NCBI GenBank assembly: GCA_951406725.2
Contig: OX597814.1
Coordinates: forward strand, 81,344,001-81,408,000
Length of the DNA: 64,000 bases
Direction: 5' to 3'
Source: Octopus vulgaris
Lineage: Eukaryota
Of the stretch, positions 13,950 through 25,755 are shown in pieces (position 1 is the first letter of the stretch; each line of letters starts with the position of its first letter). Below the pieces are notes generated by a model. The model did no database searches. It was not told where the DNA came from and saw only the letters and a list, made by a program, of their open reading frames with translations. Position numbers and translations under genes: made by a program.

Positions 13950-14508
13950 ATGGTTCCAGGTTCAGTCCCACTATGTGGCACCTTGAGCAAGTATCTACTA
14001 TAGCCTCAGGCTAACCAAAACCTTGTGAGTGAATTTGGTAGATGGAAATTGAAAGAAGCCCATTGTGTGTGAATGTGTTTATATCTATATATATTCTTTT
14101 ACTCTTTTACTTTGTTTCAGTCATTTGACTGTGGCCATGCTAGAGCACCGCCCTTAGTTGAGCAAATCGACCCCAGGACTTATTCTTTGTAAGCCTAGTA
14201 CTTATTCTATCAGTCTCTTTTGCTGAACCGCTAAGTAACGGGGACATATACACACCAGCAGCGGTTGTCAAGCGATGTTGGGGGGGACAAACACAGACAC
14301 ACAAACGTATACACACAAACACACACACATATATATATATATACATATATATACAATGGGCTTCTTTCAGTTTCCGTCTACCAAATCCACTCACAAGGCT
14401 TTGGTCAGCCCAAGGCTATAGTAGAAGACACTTACCCAAGATGCCACACAGTGGAACTGAACCCGGAATCATGTGGTTAGTAAGCAAGCTACTTACCACA
14501 TAGCCACT
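13950..14508. mobile_element. Two family B SINEs tail-to-tail (+ partial 13950-14075; - near-full 14095-14508)
   Basis: Family B head and tail motifs in opposite orientations. Confidence 0.8.
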
Positions 14509-14773
14509 ATATATTCATAACCTAGCAGTTCAATGAAAGACACCAACAGAATAAGTCCTGGGGTCGATTAGTTTGACTAAAATTCTTCAAAGTGATACTC
14601 CAGCATGGCCACACTGTAATGACTGCAACAAGAAAAAGAAAATATATAATTATGTGTGTGTGTGAGAGAGAATATTTACATTCTGTGACCTTGCGTGAAA
14701 ACACTGAGCAAAAAAACTGACAGCAGTTAACATTACCTGCTTAGAAATCATCCCATAATTTTGCACTATCAAA

Positions 14774-14990
14774 GAGTCAGAGAAAGGCAGAATGCCACCT
14801 ATATCTGAACACTACTATGGAAGTATTCCTTTAAAAAAACCTTTCTTCTAATTTTTCTAAATTTTTCTAAATTTAATTATTTAATCGTTACAGTTGAAAA
14901 GGTCTCAAAATGACCGAAACCGGTACTGAAAGATTCACTATAAAATCATCTTAGCATTTTCTATTTTTGACTTGTTTTTTCATATATATA
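14774..14990 (+). mobile_element. Penelope-like pLTR copy 1, apparently identical to 18713-18928
   Basis: Direct repeat identical by eye; ends in (TA)n; contains a hammerhead-like motif. Confidence 0.65.
14891..14928 (+). ncRNA. Minimal type I hammerhead ribozyme, U3-A8 variant core
   Basis: cag TTGAAAA ggtc-tcaaaat-gacc GAAA ccgg TA ctg. Confidence 0.6.
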
Positions 14991-15011
14991 TATATATATA
15001 CATATATATAA

Positions 15012-15345
15012 TAAATATTAGGGAATAAATCCAAATTTACAGGGAAAAAAAATCAGATTTAGGATTAAATCCAATTTTATAGTAAAATATTATAAAATAT
15101 TATTAGAGACAAAACCACTATTTTGCAAAACAAACAAGGAAAGACTTAATCAATACATAAAATTTTAATAAATAGTCAAAAAAACCGCCACTACAATCGT
15201 TTCTTGTCTTGATCGACAATCTTCAGGTGGACTTCCAATAAGTCAATTTCAAATTTTTTGACTATTTATTAAAATTTTATGTATTGATTAAGTCTTTCCT
15301 TGTTTGTTTTGCAAAATAGTGGTTTTGTCTCTAATAATATTTTAT
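15012..15345. mobile_element. Penelope-like inverted pLTR (~90-bp near-perfect inverted repeat around a hammerhead)
   Basis: ~15091-15184 is the reverse complement of ~15254-15346; flanked by (TA)n. Confidence 0.7.
15188..15230 (-). ncRNA. Minimal type I hammerhead ribozyme
   Basis: Minus strand: ccac CTGAAGA ttgtc-gatcaa-gacaa GAAA c-gatt-g TA gtgg; canonical core, all three helices pair. Confidence 0.7.
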
Positions 15346-15555
15346 ATATACATATATATATATACATATACATATATATATATATATACATATATATACA
15401 TATACATATATATATATATATAATCTCAAGATTAATCAGCCGAAATTGCGAAGATGATCTGGTTCTTGACTGATGACTGAGAGCTTCTGTGTGTTTTTTT
15501 GCCGTCTTCAAAATGTTTCACGTTCTTGTCCCAGTTTGTGTTTTTTTAACGTTTA

Positions 15556-15631
<76 letters not shown>

Positions 15632-15635
<4 letters not shown>

Positions 15636-15831
15636 TGTGTGTGTGTGTGTTTGTCCCCCCACCATCACTTGACAACTGATACTGGTGTGGCTACACATCC
15701 CCATTACTTAGTGGTTCGACAAAAGAAACTGATAGAATAAGTACTTGGCTGACAAAGAATAAGTCCTGCGATCGATTTCTTCAACTAAAGGCAGTGCCCC
15801 AACATGGCTGCAGTCAAATGAAAGAAGCCTG

Positions 15832-15871
<40 letters not shown>

Positions 15872-16050
15872 CAGGCTTCTTTCAGTTTCTGTCTACCAAA
15901 TCCATTCGCAAATCATTGATCAGCTCAAGGCTAAAGGTGCCATGCGGTAGGACTGAACTCGGAACCATTGGAACCTTGTGGTTGCGAAGCAAGCTTCTTA
16001 CCTCACAGTCATGCCTGTGCTTGTGTCTTCTTACCACACAGCCACGCCTG
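15632..16050. mobile_element. Family B SINE pieces (+ tail 15632-15830; - head 15868-16050) separated by (TA)n
   Basis: Family B motifs. Confidence 0.75.
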
Positions 16051-16052
16051 CA

Positions 16053-16053
16053 C

Positions 16054-16135
<82 letters not shown>

Positions 16136-16155
16136 GTAATAATAATAATAATAAT
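16053..16155. repeat. (AAT)n microsatellite
   Basis: Direct reading; explains the poly-N and poly-I ORFs. Confidence 0.95.
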
Positions 16156-16349
16156 TTCTCCTATAAGCACAAGGCTAGAAATTTTGTAGAAGACTAGTCA
16201 ATTGGATCAAGCCAAATGTTTGACTGGTACCTAAACTATCAACTCAAACAGGATAAAAAGCAAAATCAACCTTTGCAGAATTTGAACCTAGAATGTAAAA
16301 TTGGACAAAATTCTGCTAAGCAACTCCGATGCTGATGCCAACGGCGAAG

Positions 16350-16443
16350 CCACTGCTGCTGCCGCCGCCGCCGCCACCGCCGCCGCCTCCACCGCCGCCG
16401 CCGCCGCCGCCGCCATCACTGCCGCCACAGCTGCCACCGCCAC
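16350..16443. repeat. (GCC)n microsatellite
   Basis: Direct reading; explains the poly-G ORF. Confidence 0.9.
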
Positions 16444-16529
16444 AGTGGATGTCTAGCATGTTTGAACCAAGTTCATAGGACTGACCATCTTGTCCTGGTA
16501 ATATTCCACCCAAGCAGTTATTTATAATC

Positions 16530-17380
16530 TACCATAGTTCAGATGTCATTTGTTATCAGCCTTTTAGCTCTTTCTGCTAACAGCTTTAGAAAACCATAGT
16601 TCGTCTCTTCCTCCAGATAGATCAGCAAAAGTGCTGTTGAAAAATGCATCTGTTTGGAAGGACACAATACACCCATCGAATGATATTTTATTGTTTCCAA
16701 CTGACAGAGAACAATGTTGTCTTCATGCTTAATGAGAAATATTCAAGGGCAGTTCCTGAATATAGATGAGAGGGATTAAAAAAGACAGAAACTTACCCAA
16801 AAGCTTAGTTTCTTCTAAGACCCAAATTCTTTCTATTATAACTTTTAACTTGGTGAAATTTACTTCAAGGCCTTTCAAATTCAGATTCTGCTTCTGTGAT
16901 AGGAATTTCTTCTCCAAATTTTCTACAGAATTTATTATAAGAACTAGGTCATCCACATACAGAAATTTCTACAGACAGCAGCTCTTGAATTCTTTTGTTA
17001 TAACTTGGAGGACTATAATGAATAGGAGAAAGTTAAGAACTGAATCCTAATAGATCCCTACCTGCATGTTAAATTCTTAATGAACTCATTCTTGATTCTC
17101 ACCTTAACTAATTACATCTCTTTATATGGTTTTCCCCAAGCCATTCACTCATCAACCTCTAGTTTCCTTAGCAACCCTCAAGGGCCTTCAGGCCACAAAG
17201 TGGGAGACCCTGTCAAAGGCCTTCTACAAGTAGATCAATGTTAAGAATAAGAGATTACTCTCAGTCAATTATTTCTCTTGCAGTTGTCTCACTAGGAATT
17301 GTGTATCAGTGGTAACTTTCCCTAAGTTGAACTGCATCTCATCATGGTTAATCCTACACCAAATCAATTTTGAATTGGTC
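16530..17380 (-). pseudogene. RTE-clade non-LTR retrotransposon reverse transcriptase fragment
   Basis: Minus strand gives DEMQFNLGKVTTDTQFLVRQLQEK...L*KAFDRV and FLYVDDLVLIINSVENLEKK...KGLEVNFTKLKV. Confidence 0.8.
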
Positions 17381-18599
17381 TGAGGGAGATTCAGCTGATA
17401 CAGCTATCAGGTTACATGACTTCATAAACCCTTTCTTATTGGTTTACCATATGAGTAGTGTTATGGATGTTTTTTGTCAATATTCAGCATCTGTTCAGAA
17501 TACTGGTTTTGTTCTGCAGTACAAACTTGGTTGAGTGATATTTAATCTATGTGTTGCATTTTGAGCCTCTTTACTAACTAAACTTTCTGCTTTTATTCAT
17601 GAATAAGCACTAAGCCAACAATGTGGTGGTCACTCAACCTGCTACAAATAGCAACCAAATCTCCCTTAAATCACACATTACTGTTTTAAAAGCGGAAGAA
17701 CACTGTAGATCCCGATATTCAAACTGGACAGTGTCATCCCTGGTATCCCAAAATGACAGAATGATCAAGACTAGAATGTCTTAGAGCATGCATAGGTCTG
17801 CTTGATAAGAGCTGACCTTGGTTGAAACAACAACAGCAACAACAAGAACAAGATAAGCAAAAGAAGCAAGCTAAGGTTAAGTTAACAATGGTGATCATGA
17901 TGATTATGTTAATGTGATTGATTTGGATAAAATTACATAAAATAAAGGAAGATAAATATTTCAAGGCCAATATTAAGCAGAACTAGCCAAGAATTTAATA
18001 AAATATTTATTGTAAATGCTATTAAATCAGCATTCTGATTCTTATAAAATATAATTTTAGATTCAATTTTTTTGTTGCCATTTAATTATCTGAAGAAATC
18101 AGAGATGGTTGATGTTCAAGTATTATGTGCATTTTTGGTACCTGAAGTTGATTTAAACATGCCTATGCTTTTTGTGAGATTTTTGGAGAATAACCCTATA
18201 ATGACTATTGATATTACTTTTTGATGTTTAACACTGCAATTGTGTTAGGAAATAAAAGACAAAATTGAATGCTTCAATAAGCTCTAAAAATTCTTTATGT
18301 TTAAACAACATTATTGAATGCTTGCAATATAATTGCATATAGCATGCATTCTGTTGTAAAATTATTGGTATTTAAGTAATATATATATGTTATGTTATGT
18401 ACATATTCTTCATTATATATGTTTTATATGTTTTTTTTTCCATCCTAGCATGTGTTGGATGAATGCATATAGAAGCATTGTTTTACTGCTGGATACCCTT
18501 CTTGTTGATGATCCTTACCTAATTTTCATGTAATGGCTATATTTTGTTTTCTTCTTCTACTTCTCCACCTTCTACCCCTTAACCTTGTCACTAATGTCT

Positions 18600-18928
18600 T
18601 TAAGTATAACGCCTACGCAGCGACTGCCGGTCGCCACTGACCAGCCCAGATTTTCCCACTCCCACCCCCTCAAGAACTCACAACGACCTCGAATACACAA
18701 GTGCAAACAAGGGAGTCAGAGAAAGGCAGAATGCCACCTATATCTGAACACTACTATGGAAGTATTCCTTTAAAAAAACCTTTCTTCTAATTTTTCTAAA
18801 TTTTTCTAAATTTAATTATTTAATCGTTACAGTTGAAAAGGTCTCAAAATGACCGAAACCGGTACTGAAAGATTCACTATAAAATCATCTTAGCATTTTC
18901 TATTTTTGACTTGTTTTTTCATATATAT
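18600..18928 (+). mobile_element. Penelope-like pLTR copy 2 with a 5' extension
   Basis: Matches 14774-14990 from position 18713; hammerhead-like motif at 18830-18867. Confidence 0.6.
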
Positions 18929-18954
18929 CAACTCGTGTGTTCCTTTCCACCCTT

Positions 18955-19014
<60 letters not shown>

Positions 19015-19020
<6 letters not shown>

Positions 19021-19228
19021 GTGTGTGTGTGTTTGTCCTCCCACCATCACTTGACAACTGATACTGGTGTGGCTACACATCCCCACTACTTAGTGGTTCG
19101 ACAAAAGAAACTGATAGAATAAGTACTTGGCTGACAAAGAATAAGTCCTGCGATCGATTTCTTCAACTAAAGGCAGTGCCCCAGCATGGCTGCAGTCAAA
19201 TGACTGAAACAAGTAGAAGAGTAAAAGT
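19015..19228 (+). mobile_element. Family B SINE tail, near-identical to 15632-15820
   Basis: Direct comparison. Confidence 0.8.
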
Positions 19229-19231
19229 AGT

Positions 19232-20980
19232 CTTATTTTTATCACATGCTTTCAGTGCTCTACCAAGCACAGCTCTGTGTGCCTTTGGTATGTGCTGTGG
19301 TTTGTTGTGGTGCTCTTATTTTCACTGCATTAAAAGTGTTTTATGTAGGATGTGTACGGTGTCTAGTAGTGCTAGTTTCTGTATGTTATATATACTTGTA
19401 GTCCTGGTGTTTTTGTTATATATTTGTCTGAATGTTTTTTTTATCATACCTAATGCGCCTTCTATGATAGGAATTGTTTGTTTCCTGGCTCCACATCTGA
19501 GTTACCTCTATTCTATCCAGATCTTTGTATTTTGAAAGTTTCTCCATTTCTTTTAGAGAAACATTGTCATCTGCTGGTATTGATACATCGATTAGAAAGC
19601 ATTTTTTTTTTTTGGTCTCTGACAACTATATCTGGCCTATTGGCCTTAATTTCTTTATCTGTGTGTATTAGCATATCCCATAGTATGGTTGCTTTCTCAT
19701 TTTCAGTGACCTTTTCTGGCGTGTGCCTATACCATCTTTTTCCTGTTGTTATTACGCAGTGTTGATATAGCTTCCAGTGTGTATAGGTCCCAATTCTGTC
19801 ATGTCTGTGAATATATTCACTTCTTAGTCAGGACTGGGCAACCAGAGACAATATGATTTGTTGTTTCTTCTCCATTTCCACATATTCTCCAGTTGTATTT
19901 CTTTTCATTACATGTTTTGGGTGATTTCTAGTCGGAAGGCTTTGATCTTGTGCTACAATTAAAAATCCTTCAGTCTCTGCTTTGAGTCCTGAGCTTCTCA
20001 GCCATTGTTGGGATTTTGCTTTGTCTATTTCTTTTCTGTTTAGCTTAACCCAGTATTTGCCATGTAGGGGCTTTTCTTGCCATTGTTGGGATTTTGCTTT
20101 GTCTATTTCTTTTCTGTTTAGCTTAACCCAGTATTTGCCATGTAGGGGCTTTACTTGCCATTGTTGGGATTTTGCTTTGTCTATTTCTTTTCTGTTTAGT
20201 TGAACCCAGTATTTGCCATGTAGGGGCTTTTCTTGCCATTGTTTTATCATGATCCATCGATACTTCAGTTTTAGTTTGGATTACAGTTATTTTACAGCTT
20301 TTATTGTTTTTTTCTTTTTCTTCCTAGTTATTAGGTACTGTGGCTTCTTTTTAGTATTTGTCAGCTTCCTTAAAGACTGAAAACAGTTTTTTGTTTTGTT
20401 CATGTTTTGTGGCTATTTGTATTAGCTTTCCTTGCTTCTGAAATAGGTATTTCTGTAGTCTTTTGGTGGTTATTTTCTAATAGATTTCTAGCTGCATAAG
20501 GCTTCTACCACCTTTGATACATTGTATGTATAGCCTTTCTATGCCAGATTTTGGATGGTGCATCCTAAATCCTGTTGTTAATTTTCTTGTTTTCCTGCCT
20601 ATTTTGATTAGTTTATTTAGAATTCAGTTAAGGATATTGTAGCTGTAACTTATAACTGGGGCAGCTAGTGTGTTGATACCTATTATCTTTTTTCGCATTG
20701 AGCTCTGTTTTCAGTATTAATCTGACTTGTCTATAGTATTCCTTTTTTTCTTCTCTTTCATTTGTGTGTGTTGTATTGTGTCTAGTTCACTGACTCCTAA
20801 GTATTTGCATGTCTGGCTTTGGTCTAATTCTCTTATTTCATTTGCTTTATCTAGTGTGATGCTGCTACTCTTAACTAGTTTTCCTCTTTTCAGGTTTGCT
20901 TTGGCACATTTTTCTAAGCCAAATTTCCTATTTATTTCTTTGGTAAATCCATGTACTGTCTGTAGCAATGTTTCCAGCAT
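19232..20980 (-). pseudogene. 5'-truncated RLE-type non-LTR retrotransposon (R4/Dong-like): RT thumb, Zn-knuckle region and PD..D endonuclease
   Basis: FGLEKCAK...CKYLGV; KPLHGKY...WLRSSGLKAETEGFLIVAQDQSLPTRN; NRPDIVV...CFLIDVSIPADDNVSLKEMEKLSKYKDL. Confidence 0.88.
20001..20243 (-). repeat. In-frame 78-bp tandem triplication inside the R4/Dong ORF
   Basis: Units start at 20001, 20079 and 20157; each encodes WQEKPLHGKYWVKLNRKEIDKAKSQQ. Confidence 0.95.
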
Positions 20981-21055
20981 CATCATCATCATCATAAGGA
21001 GGAGGAGGAGGAGGAGGAGGAGAAGAAGAAGAAGAAGAAGAAGAAGACGACGACT
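20979..21055. repeat. (CAT)n(AGG)n(AGA)n(CGA)n compound microsatellite
   Basis: Direct reading. Confidence 0.9.
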
Positions 21056-21439
21056 GAGTCAATACAGCATAGTTTTGATTCCTGGAAGTAGATATTTCAC
21101 TTCATAAACATCTATCTCACCTACTTCCATTTCTTCTTTTCAGTTTCTCTAAAATTGTAAAAAGAATTAATCACCTGTTGACAGGTACTTTTCTTTAAAG
21201 CAAGTCATTGACTCTATTTATCAAAATTGCTAAGTTTGTCAGATAAATAATTGATTGATCGCTTAATATACTGATTTCCAAAATAGTGCACCACAAAAAC
21301 AATATAACTATATTTAAGAAATAAGAAAAACTAACCAACAATTTTATTGAATTATACAAACTCTTCCTATACAGGATATTGGTTAAAGGAAAATATTACA
21401 TTGTTGTTATGCAAATATATTCTGTGTGTATGTGATGTG

Positions 21440-21855
21440 AATGGATGTCAATAGTTCCAGAAAGAAGTGCTGATCACTCAAAATAGATGGAACAAAGTAC
21501 TGATGAATGACTTCAGAACACTGAACCTTAAGGAAAAGATGACAAAGGACTGATATATCTGGTGCCTTGCTGTACTCAAGAAGAGCTGTCCTCCCCAGCA
21601 GAAGTTTTAATGCTGCACCCCCTGATAAAGCAGATTGATTTGCTAAAGTTCTGTGCTAGTGCCACATAAAAAGTACTCCAGTGCCATGACAAAAGCACCC
21701 AGTGCACACTGTAAAGTGGTTGGCATTAGGAAGGGCATCCAGCTATAGAAACCCAGCCAAATTAGACTGGAACCTGGTGTGGCTCTCCTGCTTACTAGCT
21801 CTGGTCAAACTGTCCAACCCATGCCAGCATGGAAAATAGATGTTAAAGAATGATG
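21440..21855 (+). mobile_element. RTE 3' end plus RTE-related SINE-like tail, decayed
   Basis: ...NDFRTLNLKEKMTKD..IWCLAVLKK-like ORF end; gtggttggcattaggaagggcatccagc...aacccatgccagcatggaaa. Confidence 0.55.
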
Positions 21856-22374
21856 TGCGTATGTGTGTGTGTATGTGTGTTGTTTATGTTTAGCCTAAAA
21901 ACCAATGTAGTTTATATTAATATCTCTTTATGGCATTCATCATAGTTACTTCAATATATAGTATGGATATCATTTAAGTGGTTATATGATATATCTAGAA
22001 CAGTAAATTTGTGGTTGTTCATACTTAGTCATTCAGTCAACTACATGCAGGCCATAGGATTGATAGATCAATTGAAACAGTTACAGAATTATACAAGATA
22101 ATCAAAAACAATGGTATTGGTCTGATATTAGGTCCCAAGTATCCCAAGTACTATGGTCTGGAACAGTGAATAGTCCTCAAACATTTAATAGGTTACCTTT
22201 TCTTGTAGGAGTGACTACTGTTAGACAATAACAGCATCAACATCACTACAATCAACAATAAGCCTGCAGTATGATAAGAGTCAAGTTAATCATATCTTAT
22301 TGAAGTCACAGTCAATCTGAAGTACTTGAGCTATATGACATCTATTATGTCTCTTTCTATGATCCATGTAATGC

Positions 22375-22705
22375 CATGGCTGTATGGTTAAGAATTTTGC
22401 CTTGCAACCTCAAGGTTTCAGATTCAGTTATATTGTGTGGCACCCTGTGAGTCCATGTGAGTGTTTTTCTTAAATGGAAACTATGTGGAAGCCCTCTTTA
22501 TGTTTCTGTGTTTGTCCTCCACAACTGCTTGACAACTGGTGTGAGTTTGTTTACATCCCCATAACTTAGCAGTTCAGCAAAAGAGGTTAATATAACAATA
22601 TCACCAAAGTAAAAATAAGTACTTGGGGGGGTCAAACCGTTTGACTTAACCCTTCAAGGAAGTGCCCCAGTGGCTGCAGTCCAATGACTGAAGCAATTAA
22701 GAGAT
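22375..22705 (+). mobile_element. Family B SINE, old copy
   Basis: Head and tail motifs. Confidence 0.7.
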
Positions 22706-22839
22706 ATCTTATAGCAGGTACAGGCAGCCTAAAACATTTGAACTGCATGTGGTCCTTTATATCTTTTTCTATGTCATACATAATGACATGATTAAATACA
22801 AACTAAATAACTTAATATTTTGTAATGTAGTCAAGGCAT

Positions 22840-23045
22840 TGAGCTGGCAGAGTAGTTAACATGCCAAACAAAATGCTTAGTGTCATTTCATCTATCATTA
22901 TGTTTTGAGTTTAAATTCCGCTGAGATTGACTTTGTCTTTCATCCTTTCAGGCTTGATAAAATAAGTACCAATTGAACATTGGGGTCAATTTAATCAACT
23001 AAGTCCCTCCCCAAACTTGCAGACATGCCAAAATTTGAGACCAAT
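22840..23045 (+). mobile_element. Family A SINE with TSD (aatattttgtaatgtagt)
   Basis: Family A motifs; flanking direct repeat at ~22814 and ~23043. Confidence 0.8.
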
Positions 23046-24821
23046 ATTTTGTAATGTAGTTTTCAAGTCCAACCTTAATATATTTTTATCACACAGTGTA
23101 ATCTATGGTATATTCTGAAGTATATGTGATGTTTATTTAATTATTATTGTATTGTAGTTGCCTGACTTATGATAATCAATGTTCATAAGGCCTGCTGCTT
23201 GAGAACTGTTACATGTGCAGTGAATCAATTTCCAACATTTAGTAAGCATTAACAGAATGTGGTGGGCATAATTCCAAAGCTAAAATCAAATATTGAATAT
23301 AACAAAGGCAAAATAAGTTGACATGGAAATCCAGGTAACAAGGTGAGGGGAGAAAATAATCTTCCCTTTGACAAACATGGTAATGAAAACAGATATGTTT
23401 TGATCTTACTAGATCTCCTCAGTAAAGCATAATTCCTCTATGTGCCAGGACAATTCAATAGCTTAAATTATATATTGAAGATTGACTTAAACAAGGCTGA
23501 CTAAGGAAGATTTTACATTAGCTACACTTGGCATCATCAGTTTATGGTTGAATGCTTTCAAGTAAACCAAGGCATGCAATTAATGTTTGCAAATTGAATA
23601 GGGAAGCAAATGGAATTAAGTGTTCAGGAAAACCACAAAACTGCCATGTATTGCTACATTTATAGCTCTTTGACCTATACTTTGGTAGTCCAATGCTTTA
23701 TCTACTCAACCAGAATGACAAAAATAATTCCAGTTTCATGATCGACTTTAACTCCATTTTTCTGTGCTGGTGAGTTCTACTCAATTCTCATTTCACTTCA
23801 GTCTACTCTTTATCTCAAATGTTGGCTGTGATTTCATTTCGTTCCTATTTCCAGTAACTGTTATTAAGTTGAAATTAAAATTCTCTGAAACAATTCTCTT
23901 AAATCAATTAGTTTGGTTTCTATCCAACAGCCACAATTGAAAGCAGTACTTTAAAATGGTTATAATTTTGTTGTAATTCATTAAAAGTGACAAAACCAAA
24001 TATTTAATCAATTCCCATTTTCAGTTTTGTCCAAAATAAAAATAAGCCGAGCTTGATAACTAATCATGTTTCAAGAACTAAATTATTTACTGCATTATAT
24101 AGTGATGTTTCCCAATTCTCTTCCTTTCCTCTAAAATGATTGGTTGTTAAGTGTTTAAAGTATAAACTTACAAGAGAAAAGATTCTAAAATACCTGCTCC
24201 AGAAATTGTTGCAAATATTGAAACTTACAAAATTATTTATCCCATATTTACCTGTGTTGGTTCTAGACCTTAAGTTAATTAACCCTGCTCTAGCAGACCT
24301 ACACACAAAAACATTCCAGCTGTCACACTTCCATCCTTTATACTGTGTTATCAAATGTGTCTTTCTTTCTGAAACAAAAGTGATGTATAATTTGAGGGAA
24401 TTTTGCTATTATTTCTTGGAGGTTAAGTGAATATGTAAAGCTTTCCTGTTAGTTCATCAAACCTTAGATGTCAATAGTCAAACCATTTGAAAAGCAGAGA
24501 AATCAATGTATAGCTGAATACAAATAATGTCTCCAAGTCTTACCAAATAGCAGGTATTCATGGTTTCATCCAGATTATATGTATATGAGATGGTGATGGA
24601 GTGCTGATTAAGAAATTTGTGGGTACTAAAGAAAGTAACAAGTATAGGTGACTAACAAAAACTTTATCAGTTGTTTTACATAGAGAGAAAGAGAGAGATG
24701 TGTGTGTGTGTGTTGTGTATATACACACACATACATATGTATAGCAGGATGGAAAACTTGACATCCCTATAGGCACATTTGTTATTTAAAAGGAGATTAA
24801 TATTATAGTCAGTATACGAAA

Positions 24822-25030
24822 GTGAGCAGACAGAATGATTAGCACACTAGGTAAAATACTTTGCAGCATTTAGTCCATCTTGACATTTTGAGTTCAAATT
24901 CTGCCAAGGTCAATTTTGCATTTCATCCTTTCAGAGTCAATAAAATAAATACCAGTTAAGAATTGGGGCTGATATAATCAACTTACCCACTCCTGCTAAA
25001 TTTCTGCCCTTGTTCCAAAATTTTAAATCA
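24822..25030 (+). mobile_element. Family A SINE with TSD-like flank (aatattatagt..gtatac)
   Basis: Family A motifs. Confidence 0.8.
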
Positions 25031-25516
25031 ATATTATAGTAAGTATACCAATGTGTGTAGCTGTACATAGACCTCAGAAATCTTCCTTGATATTTCATGA
25101 ATTAAATATTAAAAAAGAAATCTTCAATTAAATAATCCAAAAGAATGTTATAATAGATTATACATAATAGCATACCAGTCTATAGCGTGTAGCTTCAAAC
25201 ATACATCTGCCAAATCTTAATATTCATCTAATTAGCTACCACAAAAAAGTGTACAATTAATATAAAAGTATGCTATAATGGAGTTTACATTCAAGAGTAG
25301 TAAGTATATTAGTATATGTCAATATAAAAGTACATCTCTCAAATAATTTTTTTAATAGTCTGCCAACTCTTCATTTAATTAATTACAGGAATCCAGACTA
25401 GGAATGAAAAACAGCAGCGGATTTAAGTGAAAGAAAGGATGAGAAAATATTCAGTCTTTTCTACAGAAATTCATAAAAATTTTTAAGAAATTAAATGAAA
25501 CACATTGCTACTTTAT

Positions 25517-25555
<39 letters not shown>

Positions 25556-25688
25556 TGTGTGTCTGTGTGTGTGTGTGTGCGTGTGTGTGTGTGTGCGTGT
25601 GTGTATGAAAATGAGTGTCATACAAACTCCCTGTGAGTATAAATTTAAGTGTGATTTAGTGCACAGACACACACAAATAGACAACTCA

Positions 25689-25755
<67 letters not shown>

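Noticed and set aside
20001-20243. CRISPR-like repeat array
   Set aside because: Contiguous tandem units without unique spacers, in eukaryotic retroelement coding sequence
24064-24430. Overlapping 96-aa ORFs on both strands
   Set aside because: No recognisable motif; lengths are compatible with chance
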